A stretch of DNA of 39,856 bases, from positions 16,921 to 56,776 of the forward strand of contig JBBDRO010000050.1 of NCBI GenBank assembly GCA_040905425.1, given 5' to 3'. The notes beneath the pieces are model-generated. The model was given only the letters and a program-made list of their open reading frames with translations. It had not been told where the DNA came from and searched no databases. The translations under genes were made by a program, and so were the position numbers. Of this stretch, positions 1 to 6,445 are shown piece after piece. The DNA is from Gemmatimonadota bacterium (GTDB lineage: Bacteria; Gemmatimonadota; Gemmatimonadetes; Longimicrobiales; RSA9). Every line of letters begins with the position of its first letter. The first letter of the stretch is position 1.

Positions 1-130
1 GCAGGAGCAGCGGTCCTAGCGACGCATTCTCGGGCATGACCTGCCTGGGCGGCTCAAGTACCGTTGGGACAACAGCCGTGCAAGCTACCCACGAACGTGC
101 GGGTGGTCAACCGCGTACAGGGGCGGGTGC

Positions 131-170
131 GCGCCGCCTGCGTGCGGGTTGTGCGCCGCCTGCGTGCGGG
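131..170. repeat. Short direct repeat GCGCCGCCTGCGTGCGGG x2 (period 22)
   Basis: Identical 18-mers at 131-148 and 153-170, just downstream of the 182-811 gene. Confidence 0.8.
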
Positions 171-181
171 CGGGCGGGCTT

Positions 182-811
182 TCAGCGCGGGCGCGGCAGA
201 TGGATGTCGGCCAGGCGCGCCATGGAGCGCTGATGCACGGTCTGCGCGCGCCCGCCCGTCAGCGAAACCGCGCCCAGGTACTGTTGTACCGTTCGGTCCA
301 ATGGCATGTGGTCCCCCAGCAGCGCGGCAAAGCCCAGCGCGCTGTCCACGTGCGTGGTGATGACGTTCTCCTCCGCGCGGGCCAGGGCCAGGAGCACGCG
401 CATCTCCTCCTCATCGGAGCGCTGCTTGCGCTGCCGGACGCCGCGCACCATCACGTCGGGGCGGAAGCGGCGCCAGCCGTCCCCGTCCTCCGCCCCGTCC
501 GTTTCAAGCGACGTCCCCGCGTCGTGGTCACTGGCGCCCCGCCCCGCCGTCTCCTCCGCACGCTCCTCCGCTTCCACGCTCACCAGCGCGCGCGTGCGAA
601 TGGCCACCGCCATGGCCTCTGTCAGGTCCATCTCGCGCAGGTAGCGCGTGAGCGCCTCCTCCAGCGAGGCCTGATCCTCCATCAACTCCACGAACTCCGT
701 GGCGTTGTCCACGTGCGCGTCCACCAGGTTCTCCCAGGCCATGGCCGTGGCCACCTCCAGGCGGAGGCGCACGGTGTCGGGCAGGCGGCGCAGTGAGGGG
801 CGTGGCGGCAT
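182..811 (-). CDS. Hypothetical helical protein with an internal ~63-aa duplication
   Basis: 209-aa ORF with normal (acidic, Ala/Leu-rich) composition, unlike the shadow ORFs; repeated motif ENLVDAHVDNA / ENVITTHVDSA. Confidence 0.8.
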   Translation of the reverse strand: MPPRPSLRRLPDTVRLRLEVATAMAWENLVDAHVDNATEFVELMEDQASLEEALTRYLREMDLTEAMAVAIRTRALVSVEAEERAEETAGRGASDHDAGTSLETDGAEDGDGWRRFRPDVMVRGVRQRKQRSDEEEMRVLLALARAEENVITTHVDSALGFAALLGDHMPLDRTVQQYLGAVSLTGGRAQTVHQRSMARLADIHLPRPR

Positions 812-902
812 GACTCGGCTCCGGTCTGTGGTGGCGCGGCGCGAACAGGCCAGCAGGGGCTAGCAGGTTACGGGCCGGCGGGGCGATGGGCCAGTCGGAA
901 TG

Positions 903-1552
903 TTACGCGCCCGCCGGCAGTGGGGCGGGTCGGAAGGCTCGGGCGGCCAGGTAGACCGCCCCGCTCACGACCAGCCCGAGGTCCTGGACCACGCCGAACG
1001 CGAACACTGCGCTGGTACCGATCACGGCCCACGCCACCGGAATCACCACCAGCCACGGCGGCACGCGCCGGGCGAGCAGCAGCAGGCCGAACGTGTAGAT
1101 GACCGCGGGGCAAGGAGCGCCGAAGGTAGGGCTGGCCATGTAACGCTGGCCCGCCGCGGCCCCTGCCAGCGGATACAGGACAAGGGCGTAGAGCAGCACG
1201 GCACCCGCGAGCGCCTGTCGGACGCTGTCGTCCGTGCGGAAGCGGAGGCCGCCCCGCACCACGCCCCACCAGGCGAACAGCGCCGCCTGGAGGAGGAAGA
1301 GGCCGCCGAAGGCGTAGGCGGCCGGGTTGATGGCCGTGAAATACAGCAGATGGTAGGCAAGCCCCGTCCAGCCCCAGAGCACGGCCAGGAACGCGGCCAC
1401 CCACCGGCCGCCGCGCGGGCCGGCGCCCCCAGTGCCGCTGCGGCCACGCCCACGGCGGCCACCGCAAGAAGCAGCGGAGCGGGCCACACCGCCTGATTGT
1501 AAGCCGCGAAAACGCCAAAGAATTCGAGCTCGGTGAACGGCATGCCGCCCAT
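903..1552 (-). pseudogene. DUF6064-like membrane protein split by a 1-nt frameshift (pseudogene or sequencing error)
   Basis: The N-terminus MPFTELEFFGVFAAYNQAVWP is in ORF 1043-1552. The remainder (WVAAFLAVLWGWTGLAYHLLYFTAINPAAYAFG...PTFGAPCP) is in ORF 903-1580. One extra G in the G5 run at 1426-1430 fuses them. GGAGG lies upstream of the ATG at 1552. Confidence 0.75.
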
Positions 1553-1560
1553 GGATGCCT

Positions 1561-1648
1561 CCGGGTTCAGTCGGCTTCATCCGGGTTCAGTCGGATTCAT
1601 CCGGGTTCAGTCGGATTCGTCCGGGTTCAGTCGGATTCGTCCGGGTTC
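1561..1648. repeat. Tandem repeat, 20-bp unit CCGGGTTCAGTCGG(A/C)TTC(A/G)T x4 plus a partial copy, with 10-bp sub-periodicity
   Basis: Units at 1561, 1581, 1601 and 1621, partial at 1641; no spacers. Confidence 0.95.
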
Positions 1649-1724
1649 GTCCCAGGTTCACGGGCAGCGTAAGGCGTGGCGCGCGGCGCGGCTGTAGGGA
1701 AATCCCGGAAATCAGGAGGAACGT

Positions 1725-1792
1725 ATACGAAACCCTTGCGTTCCGTATTGGCGGGGTGTAGGCTAGATTTGTAACGAGACGCCATCGTATCG
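1725..1792 (+). promoter_or_regulatory. Putative sigma70 promoter with two TetR-operator-like palindromes
   Basis: TTGCGT(1736-1741)-N17-TAGGCT(1759-1764); palindromes ATACGAAAC-N6-GTTCCGTAT (1725-1748) and CGAGACG-N4-CGTATCG (1775-1792). Confidence 0.55.
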
Positions 1793-1803
1793 GAAAGGTC
1801 GCG

Positions 1804-2391
1804 ATGTCGAGAAAACGGACGGACCCACGCCGGCGCGGCCGACCGCGCAGTCCGGAGGTCGAGCGGGCCATCCTCGAGGCGGCGCTGGCCGTGCTGGCCG
1901 ACGCGGGCTGGGACGGACTCACCATGGAGGCCATCGCGGAGCGCGGCGGCGTGGGTAAGGCGGCCATCTATCGGCGGTGGGATTCCAAGGCTGGCGTCCT
2001 GGCCGCGGCCGTGGATCTCCTGGTGCGGGGCATCCGCATCCCGGACACGGGCTCGATCCGCGGGGACCTCCTGGCGCTCATGCACGGCGCCGTAGACCTC
2101 TACAGCGGCCAGTCCGGCCGGCTCATGCCCGGACTGATCGCGGCCATGGCGCGGGAGCCCAGCGTGGCGGCGGCCGTACGCCACGGGTTCCTGGTTCCCA
2201 GACGGGCGGCGCTCCGAGCCGTCCTGGAGCGGGGCGTGGCGCGGGGTGAGCTGCGCGCCGACCTGGACCGTGAACTGGCGCTCGACGTCATGGGCGGTCC
2301 GCTCTTCTACCGCCTGCTCGTGACCGGCGGACCGATCGACCGTACGCTCGCCGAGGGCACCGTGGAGGTGATGCTGCGAGGCTTCTCATGA
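1804..2391 (+). CDS. TetR/AcrR family transcriptional regulator
   Basis: N-terminal GRPRS...LTMEAIAERGGVGKAAIYRRWDSK HTH; PDTGSIRGDL and GELRADLD motifs in the C-terminal domain. Confidence 0.95.
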   Translation: MSRKRTDPRRRGRPRSPEVERAILEAALAVLADAGWDGLTMEAIAERGGVGKAAIYRRWDSKAGVLAAAVDLLVRGIRIPDTGSIRGDLLALMHGAVDLYSGQSGRLMPGLIAAMAREPSVAAAVRHGFLVPRRAALRAVLERGVARGELRADLDRELALDVMGGPLFYRLLVTGGPIDRTLAEGTVEVMLRGFS

Positions 2392-3338
2392 TGCGCATTC
2401 ACGCCGTGCAGACGGGCACCGTGCGGGTGCACGAGCGCCAGCGCAGCGGCAGGGGCAGCGGGCTGATCCGCTTTGCCAACACGCTGCTGGACCGCGAGTG
2501 GACCGCTCCCCTGCCGATCTACGCGTGGGTGGTGGAGCATCCGGAGGGCCTGCTCGTCATCGACACCGGCGAGACGGCGCGCACCGCACGACCGGGATAC
2601 TTCCCGCGCTGGCACCCCTACTTTCGCCTGGCGGTACGTGAGGAGGTCACCGCCGGTCAGGAGATAGGCCCGGCCATGAAGACGCTCGGGCTCTCCACCA
2701 GCGACGTGCGCTGGGTGGTCATGACGCACCTGCACACGGATCACGCTGGCGGACTGCACCACTTCCCCGCCGCCGAGATCCTGGTCTCCGCGACCGAGTA
2801 CCGGCTGGCGCGCGGCACGCTGGGAAAGCTCCGGGGCTACCTCCCGCAGCACTGGCCCGCGTGGTTCCGGCCGCGGCTCATCAACGTTACGGCCGACGCC
2901 ACCGGGTTGGACGGTGGCCGACCGCTCACCGCGGTAGGCGACGTACGCATCGTCGCCACGCCTGGACACACCGCCGGACACGTCTCGGTACTCGTTGAGG
3001 AGGACAGGCGGGCGTTGCTGTTCGCGGGAGACACCTCCTACACGGAGGCCAACCTGGTGTCGGGCATCGTGGACGGAGTAGCGTCCCTGGGTGGGGGCCA
3101 GGCGGCTGCCGCGCGCACGCTGCGGCAGATCCGGCAGTACGCCAGCTCAACGCCCACCGTCTACCTGCCCTCCCACGATCCGGGCGCGGCGGAGCGGCTG
3201 ACGGCCCGGCGGGAGGTGGTGCAGTTCCCCCGCGCCGGGAAAAACCGAATTCCCCAGATGGCTACGATGCCCGCCTGCCGCGGTACTCTCGCGCGAACGC
3301 CGGATAGCCGTCGATCCACCTGCGAACGGGAGGGTTGA
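2388..3338 (+). CDS. N-acyl homoserine lactonase-like metallo-beta-lactamase-fold hydrolase
   Basis: IDTG, THLHTDHAGG (HxHxDH), TPGHTAGH, FAGD and PSHD motifs; ATGA overlap with tetR; the C-terminal tail overlaps the convergent gene. Confidence 0.85.
   Translation: MMRIHAVQTGTVRVHERQRSGRGSGLIRFANTLLDREWTAPLPIYAWVVEHPEGLLVIDTGETARTARPGYFPRWHPYFRLAVREEVTAGQEIGPAMKTLGLSTSDVRWVVMTHLHTDHAGGLHHFPAAEILVSATEYRLARGTLGKLRGYLPQHWPAWFRPRLINVTADATGLDGGRPLTAVGDVRIVATPGHTAGHVSVLVEEDRRALLFAGDTSYTEANLVSGIVDGVASLGGGQAAAARTLRQIRQYASSTPTVYLPSHDPGAAERLTARREVVQFPRAGKNRIPQMATMPACRGTLARTPDSRRSTCEREG
3221..3232. repeat. 12-bp direct repeat GCAGTTCCCCCG matching the tRNA-Gln 3' end (4694-4705); possible att remnant
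   Basis: Exact 12-mer at both positions, flanking the lower-GC two-gene module. Confidence 0.5.
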
Positions 3339-4029
3339 GATCCACACCATGGCCGTCCAGTGAAATTACGCTGCCGCGCCCCTCCAGGCGGGTCACCGCG
3401 CCGTGCGTCGCCGAGTAGCTCGCGTCCACTTCGCGAGAAATTGCGGCGATCGTGGCCGATCCCCTTTCGAGCACCTGAACAATCTCCGCCTCCAGTCCGG
3501 GGCCGTACAGCGCCCGGAGCCGCAGTTCGGGGCAATGCTCCAGAATCCAGCCGATGGGACGTAGCGCGTCGAACTTGAGCGACAATTCGTCCTGCCACAG
3601 CCCCCACCTCTCGAAGGCCGGCAGCGCGGCCTCCTTCGCGAGACCACACAGAACCGGGTTCGATTCCGTCCGGTCGAACAGCGCCCGGGGCGTGCGTAGC
3701 GGTAGGCAGTGTCGTTGCGCTGCCTTCAGCCGATCGGCCGAGGGGCTCGTCTCTCCTGCGATCTCGATCATTGCGCCGAGAATGGCCGCCGGCAATTCCT
3801 CAAGCTCCTCCGCGACCCTACCGAGCCGACGCACGTTCACCAACTCGGAGTGCTGAGCCAGCCACGTCGTTGCGACCGCAAACACTCGATAGTCCCTGGG
3901 CGCAGCGACCGCGGTCCGACCGATGAGTTGCTCGAGATCAATCGGGTACGCTGCCGGCTCGACCATGAACCCTCCGCCTGCGCGAGTCCATTCTGCCGCC
4001 AAGCGTGCTCGCTCCCGGTCGTTGCTCAT
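3262..4029 (-). CDS. Hypothetical protein with a C-terminal winged-HTH; partner of the nucleotidyltransferase
   Basis: 255 aa; EIVQVLERGSATIAAISREVDASYSATHGAVTRLEGRGSV fits an ArsR/MarR-type wHTH; ATGA overlap with the upstream gene. Confidence 0.8.
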   Translation of the reverse strand: MSNDRERARLAAEWTRAGGGFMVEPAAYPIDLEQLIGRTAVAAPRDYRVFAVATTWLAQHSELVNVRRLGRVAEELEELPAAILGAMIEIAGETSPSADRLKAAQRHCLPLRTPRALFDRTESNPVLCGLAKEAALPAFERWGLWQDELSLKFDALRPIGWILEHCPELRLRALYGPGLEAEIVQVLERGSATIAAISREVDASYSATHGAVTRLEGRGSVISLDGHGVDLNPPVRRWIDGYPAFAREYRGRRAS

Positions 4030-4538
4030 GGACCATCCGCTCCCTCTTCGAGATACAGTTGCATCCTGAGTGCCTTGTCTGGCCGGAAGCGTGCGATTCG
4101 ATCCATCTGACCCAGAACGAATTCGATCTCTTCATCCGTGGGTCGAATCTGCACAAGATCCTCCAGGTCCACCTCGCGACCACCGTAGAATTTGCTGAGG
4201 ATGAGGTCCATTCGACCGAGCAGAAGTACGCGCAGGTTCCCGAAAGTACCCATCCGGTCCGTGCGCTGGTCGAAGTCTTCCGGCAAGACATCACCGAAGG
4301 CCTTGACTCCATCGTTCAGCCAGTGAGGCGACAAGCTCATCTCCAGCGCTACCTGCTGGATTGCCGAGCGGAGTTTGATGAGTGGCGGGTCCGAAAAGAC
4401 CACGTCCCCATCGGCGGTGCCGCGGTCGACATAGCCGCCGAGGATGAGCGCGGCTCCGCCAGCGATCACGATCCTGGCCTGATCAGGAATGAGCTCGCCC
4501 AAGCGTTGCAGGGCGTCCAGCAATTCGCCGCGCGTCAT
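4026..4538 (-). CDS. DUF6036 / AbiEii-like nucleotidyltransferase
   Basis: IVIAGGAALIL...RGTADGD (GG...RxTxDxD), WLNDGV and DLILSK...REVDLED motifs. Confidence 0.85.
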   Translation of the reverse strand: MTRGELLDALQRLGELIPDQARIVIAGGAALILGGYVDRGTADGDVVFSDPPLIKLRSAIQQVALEMSLSPHWLNDGVKAFGDVLPEDFDQRTDRMGTFGNLRVLLLGRMDLILSKFYGGREVDLEDLVQIRPTDEEIEFVLGQMDRIARFRPDKALRMQLYLEEGADGP

Positions 4539-4545
4539 GGGCGTA

Positions 4546-4575
4546 ATTATAGGGTTTTTCCGATACGTCTGTCAA
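4546..4575 (-). promoter_or_regulatory. Consensus sigma70 promoter TTGACA-N18-TATAAT, positioned for a leaderless transcript
   Basis: Minus strand TTGACA (4575-4570), 18-nt spacer, TATAAT (4551-4546), then 7 nt to the ATG at 4538; no Shine-Dalgarno. Confidence 0.85.
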
Positions 4576-4697
4576 GGTTGTCCGATCCGGGCAATTAGCC
4601 CACGCCTGCGGGACGTGCGACGATTGAAGAGGGCGAGGATGCAGGACGGCGCGACCGGGCACGGAGCGGCGAACCACCACCTTGCGACGGCGGGCAG

Positions 4698-4768
4698 TTC
4701 CCCCGGCTGGAATCGAACCAGCACCCGAGGATCCAAAGTCCTCTGTCCTGCCGTTAGACGACGGGGGA
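4698..4768 (-). tRNA. tRNA-Gln (anticodon TTG); CCA not encoded
   Basis: TCCCCCGTCGTCTAACGGCAGGACAGAGGACTTTGGATCCTCGGGTGCTGGTTCGATTCCAGCCGGGGGAA: 7-bp acceptor stem with U1-A72, anticodon arm GAGGA-CTTTGGA-TCCTC, T-arm GCTGG-TTCGATT-CCAGC. Confidence 0.97.
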
Positions 4769-4782
4769 TCGAACGACATGGA

Positions 4783-4811
4783 AAGATGATGGCGGCGGGC
4801 GGCGGTGGCAA
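4783..4811 (-). promoter_or_regulatory. Possible tRNA promoter TTGCCA-N17-CATCTT
   Basis: Correctly spaced -35/-10-like hexamers; the -10 ends 14 nt upstream of the tRNA 5' end. Confidence 0.35.
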
Positions 4812-4894
4812 CGCGGGGGGGCACCGACCACCTCCGGCCATCCTTTCCATGCGGCCCGGTTCGGGCTGCGATTCGGGTGGCGATCCAGCAGCGG

Positions 4895-5071
4895 TGCTAC
4901 CAATCGCGCACGCGTAGCAGCTGATCAGCGCGCGTGCGGGTTCTGTGCGAATAGTTGCGACCAATCGTGCAACCGCCGAGTCCGCACTCGCGCGTGCGGG
5001 TCTGACTGCGATTATTGCCACCAGACGCGCAAGCGTCCTGGAGGTCGGCGGCGCTTGCGGCTTTGATTGCA
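4895..5071. repeat. Dispersed palindromic element, copy A (six alternating inverted 20-bp arms)
   Basis: Arms at F4895, R4931, F4956, R4991, F5016, R5052; spacers 16/5/15/5/16; homologous to 39560-39734. Confidence 0.8.
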
Positions 5072-5187
5072 CGACCGGCCCGCCGCCTTGTGGGCGTCGG
5101 CGCGGCCGCCCGCGCCTCGGAGCAACCACAACCGGACGCGCAACCGAGGTTTTCGGGAGAGAGGATGGGTTGTGGTCGTTGGCGGCC

Positions 5188-5409
5188 TCAGCCCTCCGCC
5201 GCCAGCAGCTCCCGCGTCAGCCGCCCGGCCTGGCGCACCACGTCGTCGATCTCCTCCACGCGGGCGCGGATGGAGGCGGGCAGGCCCTCCTCGGACAGCA
5301 CCAGATGCGCGTGGCCGCGTACCAGGGTGAGCAAGCGATTCATGTCCGCCAGGATGGGCCGATGGGGTCCCGCGCCGCTGCTTCGTCCCGCTGTATCTCC
5401 CACCACCAT
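5188..5409 (-). CDS. Small stand-alone HisKA/DHp-like protein lacking the phospho-His
   Basis: ILADMNRLLTLVRGHAHLVL...VEEIDDVVRQAGRLTRELLA matches the HisKA pattern AHDFNNLLTVIxG...LEEI...AxxLTRQLLA; GGGAG upstream (the start may be a GTG 1-2 codons in). Confidence 0.65.
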   Translation of the reverse strand: MVVGDTAGRSSGAGPHRPILADMNRLLTLVRGHAHLVLSEEGLPASIRARVEEIDDVVRQAGRLTRELLAAEG

Positions 5410-5488
5410 CTCCCTGCCAGAGTTCGTCCGTGCATGAACGCTAGCGTGGTAAAGGCCTTAGGAGAACCGGTTTGCGGTTACAATGCCG

Positions 5489-6445
5489 TCATGTGGGGGC
5501 GGTGATGAAGACCCGGGCGTCGGGGACGGCGGCCTGGACATCGTGGGCGGCGGCGGTAGCGGCGGCCTGCGCGGTGGCGACGGTCGGCCCTTCCCCGCCC
5601 GGAAAGACGCCGAAAACGGCGGATCCGGAACCGGTGAGCAGCGCCGGTGCGGCGCCGGCCTCCCGGAGCACCTCCAGCGCCCGGGCCGCGGCGGGCACCT
5701 CGGCCAGCACGAGCGGCTCGAAGTCGTTGACGGCCAGGGCGGCTACCCCCCGCCAGGTGGCTAGCGACACGAGCTCCAGGCGAACTGGCTCGGGGGCTGC
5801 GGGCGCGGACGCCGCGGCCACCCGCGTCTCCGCCAGGCGCGCGTAGGCGGCCGCGGTGGCCATGCCGGCCGCCGGGGCGGCCACCACCACGGCGGCCGGG
5901 GGGAGCGCGGGGAGCGGCAGCAGGCGCTCGCCCCGGCCCCAGGCCAGCGCCAGGGGGCCGCCCGCCAGGAGGAAGGGGACGTCGCTGCCGAGGGCGGCGG
6001 CCAGGCGGAGCAGTTCGGCGGGACCGAGCGGCGCCGCGCCGCCGGGGGCGCGGCCGGCGGCGGCCAGGCGGTCCAGGGCGCGCAGCACGGCCGCGGCGTC
6101 GCTCGAGCCGCCGCCCAGGCCGGCGCCGGCGGGGATGCGCTTCACCAGGTGGATGGCGCAGGCGGGGGTCACGCCCGCCCGCTGGCACCAGAGCGTGGCG
6201 GCCCGATGGGCCAGGTTGTCTTCCGGGGCGCCGAGTTCGGCGCCCTCGACGCGCAGGGTGACGCCGGAGCTGCCCGGCCCCACCCACACGTCATCGTGCA
6301 GCGCCAGGCGGCAGAAGAGCGTCTCGAGCTGGTGGAAGCCGGACGCCTCGCGCGCCAGGATGCGCAGGCGCAGGTTGAGCTTGGCGTGGGCGCGTTCGTG
6401 GAGCGCGCCGGGAGGGTGCGCGGGGACGTCGCTTACCTCCGTCAC
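5489..6445 (-). CDS. ispE: 4-diphosphocytidyl-2-C-methyl-D-erythritol kinase
   Basis: AKLNLRL, KRIPAGAGLGGGSSDAA, LGSDVPF, NDFE and LTGSGSAVFG motifs. Confidence 0.95.
   Translation of the reverse strand: MTEVSDVPAHPPGALHERAHAKLNLRLRILAREASGFHQLETLFCRLALHDDVWVGPGSSGVTLRVEGAELGAPEDNLAHRAATLWCQRAGVTPACAIHLVKRIPAGAGLGGGSSDAAAVLRALDRLAAAGRAPGGAAPLGPAELLRLAAALGSDVPFLLAGGPLALAWGRGERLLPLPALPPAAVVVAAPAAGMATAAAYARLAETRVAAASAPAAPEPVRLELVSLATWRGVAALAVNDFEPLVLAEVPAAARALEVLREAGAAPALLTGSGSAVFGVFPGGEGPTVATAQAAATAAAHDVQAAVPDARVFITAPT

Noticed and set aside
67..113. Possible third copy of the palindromic element (GGACAACAGCCGTGCAAGCT matches arm F5016 at 14/20)
   Set aside because: The following R-like arm is only 7 nt away instead of 15-16 and is very degenerate; not supportable without a profile search
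1561..1648. CRISPR array (also considered for 39312-39461 and 39754-39856)
   Set aside because: Units are contiguous with no unique spacers, and no cas genes are in the window
1786..1796. CGTATCGGAAA shared between the tetR operator and the nucleotidyltransferase promoter spacer (minus strand, 4557-4567)
   Set aside because: Only a half-site is present at the second location; cross-regulation is unsupported and chance is plausible
3262..4029. HEPN RNase toxin call for the wHTH partner (RLKAAQRH as Rx6H)
   Set aside because: A lone Rx6H without a recognisable HEPN context is insufficient
4895..5071. Integron attC sites or a 20-aa protein repeat (ARLVAIIAVRPARA... in ORF 4572-5129)
   Set aside because: No RYYYAAC/GTTRRRY ends and no cassette ORFs; the period alternates 61/60 nt, which breaks frame, and the ORF runs across the tRNA
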